The notes under the pieces: model-generated
Told to the model about the DNA's origin: nothing
Seen by the model: the letters and a program-made list of their open reading frames with translations, nothing else
Database searches by the model: none
IMG/VR virus record: IMGVR_UViG_3300006790_000049
Span: 1 to 37,003 of that record
DNA from: a virus
Lineage: Duplodnaviria; Caudoviricetes
DNA length: 37,003 nt
Direction: 5' to 3' (one strand)
Shown: positions 1-8,507 of the stretch, piece by piece
Position numbering within the stretch: the stretch's first letter is position 1
Layout: each line of letters begins with the position of its first letter
Program-made: the position numbers and the translations under genes

Positions 1-581
1 ACCGCTGCATCTTGTTCTGCATATTCTCCGACATGTGAGGCTGGAAGCTTCCATAGCTCTCCTTTCGGATCTAGACCCCACATTTTGGCAGCCTCATAGA
101 GTTGGGTTTCCGATTTCGATTCTTGTAGATAGTCTTTACTTAACGAGTTTAGATCGAAACGAAACCTATTTTCATCTACGAGTGGTGCCGCAATTAAAGT
201 GTCTATTATTTTTCCTTTAATGTCAACCCCCATCGCTTTTAACCAGCCTACATCATAAAAAGCATTATGAAAAATATACTTTTTATCATGATAAGAGCAT
301 TGTTTTCTTATCCAACGCGTAACAATTTCTTTGTCCATGTTGGGCGGTGTTTCGTGAGCAATTGGGTAGTATCCTTTCCACCCGTCTACTGCAACAGCAA
401 TACCAACTACTTCACCGTGCTTACGTATATATCCTGGACCTGTATCTTTAATGCCAGGATCTCTTGTCTCTAAATCAATAGCTATCTCGTCGTAACCAGA
501 TAGATCAGGGAATGTCTCAGGCATAACCCATTCACTAGGCATGCGGTGTACTTTAGGAAACCAATTAGGTTGTTCTTTCAT
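1..581 (-). CDS. Family A DNA polymerase, N-terminal 3'-5' exonuclease domain (runs off left edge)
   Basis: Not in ORF track. Manual translation from ATG at 581 is open to base 1: MKEQPNWFPKVHRMPSEWVMPETFPDLSGYDEIAIDLETRDPG...YIFHNAFYDVGWL...IIDTLIAAPLVDENRFRFDLNSLSKDYL...GEYAEQDAA. It contains ExoI (DLET), ExoII (HNAxYD) and ExoIII (YAxxD) motifs. The polymerase domain is inferred to lie outside the window. Confidence 0.88.
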   Translation of the reverse strand, partial: MKEQPNWFPKVHRMPSEWVMPETFPDLSGYDEIAIDLETRDPGIKDTGPGYIRKHGEVVGIAVAVDGWKGYYPIAHETPPNMDKEIVTRWIRKQCSYHDKKYIFHNAFYDVGWLKAMGVDIKGKIIDTLIAAPLVDENRFRFDLNSLSKDYLQESKSETQLYEAAKMWGLDPKGELWKLPASHVGEYAEQDAA

Positions 582-831
582 CTATTTCTCCAGCTATCGC
601 AGCGTAAGCAGCTAAATCAACATAGCTATCTTTTTTATGTGCGTGTTTTAATCTGGCAATCTTTACAAGACCCATGCATATAGCAACATCATGTGGCGTT
701 ATCTTAACATCAAGATAAGCACTCCATAACTTTGCAATGTTTTCATGGTTCTTTAATTTATCACCATAATCTTCTTGACGATCACCGCCAACAAGTTTCT
801 CAGCTTCTTTTAAAATTTCCTGACAAATCAT
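565..831 (-). CDS. DUF6378-like phage protein
   Basis: 88 aa with pattern GDRQEDYGD...IAKLWSAYL...DVAICMGLVKIAR...DSYVDLAAYAAIAGE typical of this family; overlaps both neighbours. Confidence 0.75.
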   Translation of the reverse strand: MICQEILKEAEKLVGGDRQEDYGDKLKNHENIAKLWSAYLDVKITPHDVAICMGLVKIARLKHAHKKDSYVDLAAYAAIAGEIDERTT

Positions 832-2459
832 GCGCAGTTCCTTTCGTGAAAAAATATGGGTTCATATTCATACTGTCCTTCCGTGCGATGAACGATATGT
901 AATTCTTTTTTAGCTCGTGTGGCACCAACATAAAAAACTCTGGCTTCATCATCTTTGCCTTGTTGTGTTTCTGTGGATGACTTGTAAGGACCATAAGATA
1001 AGTCTGTTATTAACATAACATTATCTCTTTCCCCACCTTTACTTGCATGTATGGTAGATACTTCAATACGAGGTACTGCATCTAATTTATTTCCTGAACG
1101 CATGATAGCGCGTAGGTATGGTATTCTTTTACGCAAACCTTTTCCGTTTAACATTTCATACCAGGTTATGTTTCTAACACTTACTGTTTTTGTGCTTGAT
1201 AATTTTATTTCTTCACGAAGACCGTACTCTTTTATTAATGTTTCTAAATCATATAAACCTTCGTGTTGTCCTTTAAAAACTCCGTAGTTTCTTTTAATAC
1301 GTGTGCTATCCATGTGATGATATAAAACATCACAATCAACACCTGATACTTCTTTGCCGTTTTGTAACTTGGTCCATGCACGTATCGCTTCTATATATTT
1401 AAAACTAATGACGGATGATCCGTAGCGTTTATACAACCAACCGTAAGCTTCTAAAGATTCAGAAACTTGCTTCACAATCTCATGTGTTCGACATAAAATA
1501 AGCCACTGACCTTCTACCAATCCTTTGTTTAAAGGTCTGATATTTAAGACTTTTCTTACTCCTTCTTCATCTCTAGGTTTGTATTCTTTTTGTATTCTTT
1601 GTGAAATAGACTGTGCTAATTTTGTGGCAAGATTGTGCACGTTCACAGGTATACGATATGATTGTGTAAGAGGTATAATTGTATTGTTTTGATCATGAGC
1701 CATGGCAATAAAATGTTCGATGTCTGCACCAGCCCAACGAAAGATAGCTTGATCATCATCACCAGCTACGTATGTTTCTATTGCACCAGATTCTTTTTGT
1801 AACATGTCAACCACTTGCCATTGTTGTGCCGATAGATCCTGCGCCTCATCAATAAATAAATATTTTAATTGTGGTGCATTTTTATTTTTTATAAAATTAA
1901 TAAAGTAATCAACGTACTCATACTTGTCTCTATCTTCTTTAAACTTACGCAAATCTAAATCCATTTGTTCTATCATGTTCCGTGCGCCGTAGTTGTTGAG
2001 TGTTGTTTCTCTAAATATTTTAGCTAACCTATCTTCGTCATCAGGATACTTTGCGTATGCTAAATTAATAATGTCTTGGTACTCACTCTTCGCAGTTGGC
2101 ATTGCAATATCTACACCATTACCTTTGCGCATCTTGTTTACATATTCATGTCCTGTCATGCGTGATAATTCTGCATAGTCGTTATCATCCATGATCTGTG
2201 CTTGTTGTAATTGCAATCGTCTGTACGCTAAACTATGTAACGTAGAGAAGTAGGGAAACATAATCTTTACTTGTTCCTTACTAATGTTTTCATTAGCCAT
2301 AACTCTGTCTCTAATTTCTTCAGCAGCTTTTACCGTAAAACTAAAATAACCAATCTGTTGAGATGTGCACGCACCAGACTTTAATAACTCTTGTACTTTA
2401 TTTTTTAAGTAAGTTGTTTTACCTGTGCCAGGAGGACCTATAACAATATGTCTATGCAT
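828..2459 (-). CDS. UvrD/Rep-like superfamily 1 DNA helicase
   Basis: Walker A GPPGTGKTT, TLHSLA, Walker B IDEAQD, GDDDQAIF, LTQSYR, STIHASKGGE and VFYVGATRAK are SF1 motifs I-VI. Confidence 0.93.
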   Translation of the reverse strand: MHRHIVIGPPGTGKTTYLKNKVQELLKSGACTSQQIGYFSFTVKAAEEIRDRVMANENISKEQVKIMFPYFSTLHSLAYRRLQLQQAQIMDDNDYAELSRMTGHEYVNKMRKGNGVDIAMPTAKSEYQDIINLAYAKYPDDEDRLAKIFRETTLNNYGARNMIEQMDLDLRKFKEDRDKYEYVDYFINFIKNKNAPQLKYLFIDEAQDLSAQQWQVVDMLQKESGAIETYVAGDDDQAIFRWAGADIEHFIAMAHDQNNTIIPLTQSYRIPVNVHNLATKLAQSISQRIQKEYKPRDEEGVRKVLNIRPLNKGLVEGQWLILCRTHEIVKQVSESLEAYGWLYKRYGSSVISFKYIEAIRAWTKLQNGKEVSGVDCDVLYHHMDSTRIKRNYGVFKGQHEGLYDLETLIKEYGLREEIKLSSTKTVSVRNITWYEMLNGKGLRKRIPYLRAIMRSGNKLDAVPRIEVSTIHASKGGERDNVMLITDLSYGPYKSSTETQQGKDDEARVFYVGATRAKKELHIVHRTEGQYEYEPIFFHERNCA

Positions 2460-3985
2460 TAGTATGCCTCCTCTTCACTAAAGTCTTTTTTACTTAATCT
2501 GTATTCAGACTCTAAAATTGTAGTTGGTATCTTCCAACAATGTTCTGGATTACTATTTACTTTTAATTTTGCGGTTGTACCTTTAAACTCTTCAAACATT
2601 TTATACTGCTCTGAATCAGATGCTTTGGTAAATCTTTTTGTTTTTAAAAAGTCTCTAAATGCTTGAGGTTTAAAGAAATAATTATCTTTTAATTCAAAGA
2701 CCATACCTTGTAGCACGTCCTGTCTATCCTTCGCACCTCTGTTGTTCTCTATAAATATTTGTAATTGATTTAAGAACTGACCTTTTGTTGTTACCTCACC
2801 TGGTAGTTGTATAAAGTCATCTTCTTGCATGTTGCTTAGTAAAGTCTGCACCATGTCAGCCCAAATGGCAGGAGCCACGGGCCGTGGGCTTTCATTCGCT
2901 TGCGCTATACATTGCTTCCTGTATTCAGCATGACTGGATAACTGATCCACTGTTAAGATAATAACCTTACCATTGTGCGTTAGTTCATACACAGGATTAT
3001 CCGATACCCATTTCTTTAAACCACTAATCTCATTCGTTGCTGAATTACCAATGCCAAACTTTTGTGACTGACATTTAATTTTCTCACACACTGTTTTAAA
3101 CATTGGTTCTTCACAGCGATAAAAATATTTTTTATCTTCTACTTGTTTAAATATCGTTAACACTTCTCTGCTTGGCAAAGGTGGTGTAAAATATTTAGAA
3201 TTATAATAATCTAATTTCTCTTCTAACTTTTCAGGAAACCTTTCACGTAAATAAATACCTAATTGAAACAGAGCCATGTTCCGTGAGCCTTCAGGAAAGC
3301 CCTGTGATGCTAGTGTCACTAAACATGGTGGAGCACCTTTAAAGTCATCATTCTTTTTTGCGGTAATCGGTTTGTCGATAACCACCATGCCGAGATTCGA
3401 TACGACTTTACTTTCATAATGCTTTATAAACATACCCAATTCAATCAATGCATTACCTTTATCGTCAAACGCATACCTTGTGGGAAACTCTGGATGGTTA
3501 TATGGCAAGTTTAAAAAGTTGCCTGTTCCTTTTGAGTTCAATTCAATTTGCTTTGGAAATATCTCACAATCACCATAACCTAAAAATACAGCTATCTCTT
3601 TTAATTTTATTTGCATTTGCTTTGCAAGCACTGGTTCGCTTACAAATAAGAATACATGAGCACCCCCACTTTTTGATTTACACACAACCAATGGTAATTT
3701 CTTTTCGACAATTTTTGTAATTAGTTTTTTATAATCAAAGCCATCGTACGTATCTATGTCGATAGCACCCCACTTACATTGATTGTTGTCATCAATTGGT
3801 ATGATACCAAGTGAGGGTTCTTTACCTTCTAAGTGATTAATCCATTTATCTCTAGTAATTGGTTCTTTGACTAACCAAGATCGGCCTTCTAGTTTGCCCG
3901 ACTCATTCTTTTCTCGGCTTTGTGTTTGACCGTATGCTCGGTCTAAGCCTGTAAATATCTCAATAAATTTGTTCTGGTCGTCCAT
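2459..3985 (-). CDS. Archaeo-eukaryotic primase (AEP)-type primase with PriCT-like domain
   Basis: hDhD motif (WGAIDID), SKSGGAHVF motif II and GNFLNLPY, followed by PPCL...EGSRNMALFQLG (PriCT-like) and a Cys cluster (C-x7-C-x4-C). No P-loop. Confidence 0.8.
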   Translation of the reverse strand: MDDQNKFIEIFTGLDRAYGQTQSREKNESGKLEGRSWLVKEPITRDKWINHLEGKEPSLGIIPIDDNNQCKWGAIDIDTYDGFDYKKLITKIVEKKLPLVVCKSKSGGAHVFLFVSEPVLAKQMQIKLKEIAVFLGYGDCEIFPKQIELNSKGTGNFLNLPYNHPEFPTRYAFDDKGNALIELGMFIKHYESKVVSNLGMVVIDKPITAKKNDDFKGAPPCLVTLASQGFPEGSRNMALFQLGIYLRERFPEKLEEKLDYYNSKYFTPPLPSREVLTIFKQVEDKKYFYRCEEPMFKTVCEKIKCQSQKFGIGNSATNEISGLKKWVSDNPVYELTHNGKVIILTVDQLSSHAEYRKQCIAQANESPRPVAPAIWADMVQTLLSNMQEDDFIQLPGEVTTKGQFLNQLQIFIENNRGAKDRQDVLQGMVFELKDNYFFKPQAFRDFLKTKRFTKASDSEQYKMFEEFKGTTAKLKVNSNPEHCWKIPTTILESEYRLSKKDFSEEEAY

Positions 3986-4009
3986 AAATCTTTCTCATTC
4001 ATAATTTTA

Positions 4010-4033
4010 AAGGGGCAACGGCGGTCGCCCCTT
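4010..4033 (-). terminator. GC-rich hairpin, probable weak intrinsic terminator after the putative SSB gene
   Basis: Minus strand AAGGGGCGAC-CGCC-GTTGCCCCTT is a 10-bp stem with one G-U pair, 10 nt after the stop at 4043. Only a short U run follows. Confidence 0.7.
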
Positions 4034-4042
4034 GTAAGTTTT

Positions 4043-4825
4043 TTAGTAAGGTGTTTTTTCACCGTTGTCAACGTTCTCATCTTCATGCTTAACTTTTATC
4101 TCGCCTTTAGCTACGCTATCAGCAAAAGCTTTTGCAGCTTGATAAGTGTCAACGTCTTCTACAGGTCCTACTCTGGATATATCCCAACCGAACCACTCAC
4201 CTAAATTATTAGACTCAGCTAATGTTTTAAGTTTGTAGACGTGAGAATATGAAGGAGGTGTAAACAATCCGTTTGCACCCTTCAATTTAAGACCCAGCAT
4301 AAGAGAATTCCATCGTTTGGATTTCTTACGCTGGGTGCTTTTCATTGCAATCAGGACTTGGGAGGAAGTTCCGTCCTTGCCAATGACCAGGCAGTAATGA
4401 TTCGCAGTATCTTCAATATAGTTACCGTTAGATAACCTATCTTTTCTCTGCTCATCTCTTGTAGTTTTAGACAATATATCACTCTCTGCAGGGTAGATAT
4501 TAACAGGAGCACCACTGCCCTCGCCTCTATCTGTCCATTCAATATACTGACGTTGATAAGCACAAGGTATTACACTTACACCCTCCTCACCGTCGTATAT
4601 TTCTTTTGTTAGCGTATTGTAGATCATTCCACTTTCCGCTCCCTCTATGTAGAGAGGATCTCTTTTCTTAATCTGCGGTGACGTATCACTCAGTATTCTA
4701 AGAAAAGGTATTGCAAGATCGTCCATTCCCAGATTGCCTAATCCTTTGTTAGCATCTTGTTCAAACATGCTAGGATCAAAAGCAACTACGTTATTTTCGT
4801 CTTTTTTCTTTACAGCGTTTGCCAT
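4043..4825 (-). CDS. Putative single-stranded DNA-binding protein
   Basis: 260 aa in the replication operon, GGAG RBS, acidic C-terminal tail ending in an aromatic residue (HEDENVDNGEKTPY), followed by a hairpin. Function inferred. Confidence 0.5.
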   Translation of the reverse strand: MANAVKKKDENNVVAFDPSMFEQDANKGLGNLGMDDLAIPFLRILSDTSPQIKKRDPLYIEGAESGMIYNTLTKEIYDGEEGVSVIPCAYQRQYIEWTDRGEGSGAPVNIYPAESDILSKTTRDEQRKDRLSNGNYIEDTANHYCLVIGKDGTSSQVLIAMKSTQRKKSKRWNSLMLGLKLKGANGLFTPPSYSHVYKLKTLAESNNLGEWFGWDISRVGPVEDVDTYQAAKAFADSVAKGEIKVKHEDENVDNGEKTPY

Positions 4826-4834
4826 ATTTACTCC

Positions 4835-5392
4835 TTATTTTTTCTTGGTTATTTTTGTTTTCTGTCCGATAAACAAACTAAAAGTATTGTCTGGGACAGA
4901 TCTTCCTTCTTCATGCCACTTTTTAATGGTGGCTTTCAGTGTCGAAGGATGCACTGAAACTTTTACTTCAGGTATGAGACCCATCTCTTTTATGGTTTCT
5001 TGCAAATGTGTTGCCATATTACTCTCACCCTTACCGAAACTTATACCGACACTATTCTTAATAATGTCTCCTAAACCGTTGTCCTCTAACCATTCATAAC
5101 AAGCTTTAGATTTCTGTGGATCTTTAGGTATAGATACATAAATATCTTCTACTACCTGCACCTTAGACCCATCATACATCTCTGTTGATGTCATGCCTAG
5201 TTCTGCCATTTTTTCTGGTATAATCTCACCAGATAATTTTCTGTGTTGTTCTTTTAAATCTTTTAATGCTGCTTCCGTGTCTTCAATTTGTGATTCCATC
5301 TGCAACTGCTTACGCAATAATTCTGCAACAGATTCTAAGCCTGTTTGTTCTATATTAGCTACTGCGTCGCCTTCAAAGTTTATCTTGCTCAT
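4835..5392 (-). CDS. Hypothetical replication-module protein (N-terminal coiled coil)
   Basis: 185 aa with heptad region, WLEDNGLGDIIKN and VHPSTLKA motifs; overlaps upstream gene. Function unknown. Confidence 0.7.
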   Translation of the reverse strand: MSKINFEGDAVANIEQTGLESVAELLRKQLQMESQIEDTEAALKDLKEQHRKLSGEIIPEKMAELGMTSTEMYDGSKVQVVEDIYVSIPKDPQKSKACYEWLEDNGLGDIIKNSVGISFGKGESNMATHLQETIKEMGLIPEVKVSVHPSTLKATIKKWHEEGRSVPDNTFSLFIGQKTKITKKK

Positions 5393-5744
5393 TTATTTCG
5401 CCTTTCTCATTAATGTTAATACTAACAGAATAATATTTTTTTTGAATCTTATCCCATTTGAGTATTTTAAATCTACCTCTATTCATATCAGAAGCAATAC
5501 AACATGCAATACCCATTGCTGCTGGATCGCCCATCATCAAAAGATAGTCATTATCATCGAAATCTTTGAGTTTTCTGCGAAGTTTTTTTATCGCAGGTTG
5601 TGGACTAAACATAATTTGTTGACCACTTTCAAACAATAAAACAATATCCCCATACTCCTGTGCACTTAACACATTAATATATGGATTTTCCTGTACTAAA
5701 AATACAGTAGGTTTTTTATCCTGTTTTTCTTTTTTAAATTCCAT
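5373..5744 (-). CDS. Hypothetical alpha/beta protein, first gene of replication operon
   Basis: 123 aa with AGGAG RBS upstream and DYLLMMGDPAA motif. Confidence 0.7.
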   Translation of the reverse strand: MEFKKEKQDKKPTVFLVQENPYINVLSAQEYGDIVLLFESGQQIMFSPQPAIKKLRRKLKDFDDNDYLLMMGDPAAMGIACCIASDMNRGRFKILKWDKIQKKYYSVSININEKGEINEQDKL

Positions 5745-5767
5745 CTTTCTAATTTCTCCTTTATCTC

Positions 5768-5796
5768 TTGTAATTTATATAAGCAAGTATTATATT
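5768..5796 (+). promoter_or_regulatory. Sigma70-like promoter for SNF2 helicase, overlapped by an inverted repeat
   Basis: TTGTAA-17 nt-TATATT; AAGCAA-N8-TTGCTT at 5781-5800 overlaps the -10 box. Confidence 0.5.
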
Positions 5797-5815
5797 GCTT
5801 TTTTAGAAAGTTATT

Positions 5816-7252
5816 ATGGATTATAGATTTAAAACGAAGCCTTTTCAACATCAATTAGACGCATTGTCAGCTAGTTGGAACAAAGAAGTGTGGGCATTAT
5901 TCATGGAAATGGGTACAGGTAAGACCAAAGTATGCATTGATAATATCGCTATTTTGTTTGACAAAGGCAAAATAAACTCAGCTTTAATCATTGTACCTAA
6001 TGGCATTAAACGTAACTGGCGTAATGAATTAGGTATACACTTAGCCGATCATATTAATTACCGAGTAGCTGTATGGTCTGCTTCTCCTAAGAAAGAAGAG
6101 AAGACAGAGCTTGAGCAGTTGTCCGTGATCACTGATGACTTAACCGTTTTCATTATGAACATTGAAGCATTATCCACAAAACGTGGTTATGACTTTGCAT
6201 ATAAGTTTTTATTGAAGAATCAAACGTTAGTGTGTGTAGATGAATCAACTACCATTAAAAATCATTCAGCACAGCGTACAAAAAACATTCTAAAATTAGC
6301 AAAACATTCTAAATACAGACGGATCATGACAGGTTCTCCTGTTACGAAGTCACCACTTGATTTGTTTTCACAAGTTCAGTTCCTTGATCCGTGGTTATTA
6401 GACCAACAATCGTACTACAGCTTTCGTGCAAGGTATGCTGTGGTCGTTCAACGTAGTGTTGGAACACATTCTTTTCAACATATTGTCAAATATCAACGAT
6501 TAGACGAATTACAGGCAAAAATACAAAATTTTTCTACTCGTGTCTTAAAAAGTGACTGTTTAGACCTACCTGAGAAGGTTTATACGAAGCGGTCTGTGTC
6601 ATTGACCAGCGAACAGGTAAAAGCTTACACAGAGATGAAAAAAGCGGCAATAACGTTCTTTGAGGAAAATGTGATGACAGCTGCCTCAGTTTTGACACAA
6701 ATGATACGATTACATCAAATAATTTGCGGTCATGTTAAAACTGATGACGGTGAAATTAAATCCATCAAGAGCAATCGCATAAAAGAATTATTAGAGGTGC
6801 TAGAAGAGACAGACGGTAAGGTTATTATCTGGGCCGTGTACCGTTATGACATACAAGAGATAGAAAAAACATTAGGAGAAAAATATGGCAAAGAAACTGT
6901 GGCAACTTATTATGGTGATACCAAAGATAGTATACGTCAGTCTATTGTGGACCGTTTTATGGATCCTGGAGACAATCTACGGTTTTTTGTGGGAAACCCC
7001 AAGACAGGAGGCTATGGTCTTACTCTTACTTCTAGTCACACTGTTGTGTATTACTCTAACGATTACTCATTAGAAGTACGATTACAATCAGAAGACCGAG
7101 CGCATAGAATAGGACAAACATCGAAAGTGACATACGTAGATTTAATGGCAGAACATACAATAGATGAGAAGATTGTAAAAGCGTTAAATAATAAAATAGA
7201 TTTAGCTAGTCAAGTGATGGGTGAAGACCCAAAGAAAATATTATTCGGATAA
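5816..7252 (+). CDS. SNF2-like superfamily 2 helicase/ATPase
   Basis: MEMGTGKT, VDEST (DExx), MTGSP, GGYGLTLT and QSEDRAHRIGQ motifs. Confidence 0.92.
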   Translation: MDYRFKTKPFQHQLDALSASWNKEVWALFMEMGTGKTKVCIDNIAILFDKGKINSALIIVPNGIKRNWRNELGIHLADHINYRVAVWSASPKKEEKTELEQLSVITDDLTVFIMNIEALSTKRGYDFAYKFLLKNQTLVCVDESTTIKNHSAQRTKNILKLAKHSKYRRIMTGSPVTKSPLDLFSQVQFLDPWLLDQQSYYSFRARYAVVVQRSVGTHSFQHIVKYQRLDELQAKIQNFSTRVLKSDCLDLPEKVYTKRSVSLTSEQVKAYTEMKKAAITFFEENVMTAASVLTQMIRLHQIICGHVKTDDGEIKSIKSNRIKELLEVLEETDGKVIIWAVYRYDIQEIEKTLGEKYGKETVATYYGDTKDSIRQSIVDRFMDPGDNLRFFVGNPKTGGYGLTLTSSHTVVYYSNDYSLEVRLQSEDRAHRIGQTSKVTYVDLMAEHTIDEKIVKALNNKIDLASQVMGEDPKKILFG

Positions 7253-7450
7253 TGCTCTTTCGAGTAGTACTTCAAGTCGTATCACTCGTTCTTTTATTTC
7301 TGGGATGTCTTGTAATATTATCATTTCTAATTGGGATTGCTTTGCTTCAAGTGCTGATACTTTTTGTGACAACATTCCATATACACTTCCAGCGCTTACT
7401 AAAATCATTGCAAACCAAACTACGTTTCTTAAATTAAAATCCCGTTCCAT
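7241..7450 (-). CDS. Small single-TM protein with C-terminal coiled coil (possibly lysis-related)
   Basis: Start moved to ATG 7450 (GAGGAG-cct-ATG). VVWFAMILVSAGSVYGML hydrophobic helix followed by heptads. Confidence 0.6.
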   Translation of the reverse strand: MERDFNLRNVVWFAMILVSAGSVYGMLSQKVSALEAKQSQLEMIILQDIPEIKERVIRLEVLLERALSE

Positions 7451-8507
7451 AGGCTCCTCTGCTTTGATTTTCAAATTGTAAATTTTTCATAATTCGATTA
7501 TCAATGTTGTCACTTGCTGTTAGTGATTCAACATTTAAATTTTGATTAGGAAAAGATTTCATATAACCACCGTTAGCTCTGTTAGCCGCTATAGTGCCAT
7601 CATTTAATCTTGTAATTAAGTCACCACTTTGTTTATAAAATTGATCGTAAGGTAATTTCATTATATCTTCTTCAGAAATGGTTTCCAATCCTGCTGGTTG
7701 ATTTGTTGCAAATACTTGTGTTGATCCATAATTTTGATTACCTGGAAAATTAAATATACGAGAAAACTCTTCGAAGTTTTCTACTGGTAAATTCATGTTC
7801 ATGTTTTGTTGGGGGAAAGGAATATTTTGTTGTTCAAACACACTTTCAGGTAAAGTTCTAATTCCTTGGGAAGCTGAATCTGTGGTTGTATTAGGATTAA
7901 ATAAACTTTTAATACCATCTACTGTTCCTGAAAATTCACTTAAAAAAGCATCTTTAATACCTGATCCTGCACTCTGTGCCTTATTTTTACCTTTATTAAG
8001 AAGCCCTGCAATTCCTTTTAAGGCTCCCATACCAGGAATAAAATTAGCCAGTTTACCTATCATAGCACCACTAGAAAAAGGAAAAGCTTTTTTCATGGCT
8101 GCTGGATTAGATTTATATAACCCTTGCATAAATTTTGCGTAGTCTTGTGGACTTTCACCTGTTAGTCTTGCAGCTCCATCTTTAAAATCACTTCTGTTAA
8201 TAATTCCTTTATTAGCCATTCGCTGAATAGACTGTCTATTTTGTTGTTGATTAACTAGATTTTGATTTTGATTAATACTAGGTTGAACAGCTGCTTTTTG
8301 TGCTGCTTGGGATCTACCATCTCCTTGAATATTAGATATTTGATTTTTTTGTTGCTGTAATCTTTGAGAAGGGGTTCTGGAATCTATACCTCTAGATCTA
8401 GCTTTGTTTACACTTCTTTGAAAATTTCCTCTAGCTGCTGCTGATCTTCCGCCTCCTCCTCCAGATGGACGAGAACGATTTCTTCTATTACCTCTAAGTC
8501 TAGACAT
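7434..8507 (-). CDS. Low-complexity R/G/Q/N-rich protein, probable internal virion protein
   Basis: 357 aa with basic disordered N-terminus (MSRLRGNRRNRSRPSGGGGGRS) and RANGGYM near the C-terminus; TAATG coupling to upstream gene. Confidence 0.55.
   Translation of the reverse strand: MSRLRGNRRNRSRPSGGGGGRSAAARGNFQRSVNKARSRGIDSRTPSQRLQQQKNQISNIQGDGRSQAAQKAAVQPSINQNQNLVNQQQNRQSIQRMANKGIINRSDFKDGAARLTGESPQDYAKFMQGLYKSNPAAMKKAFPFSSGAMIGKLANFIPGMGALKGIAGLLNKGKNKAQSAGSGIKDAFLSEFSGTVDGIKSLFNPNTTTDSASQGIRTLPESVFEQQNIPFPQQNMNMNLPVENFEEFSRIFNFPGNQNYGSTQVFATNQPAGLETISEEDIMKLPYDQFYKQSGDLITRLNDGTIAANRANGGYMKSFPNQNLNVESLTASDNIDNRIMKNLQFENQSRGAYGTGF

Noticed and set aside
35-473. Two short plus-strand ORFs (61 and 68 aa)
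   Set aside because: They lie antisense to the clear polymerase exonuclease frame.
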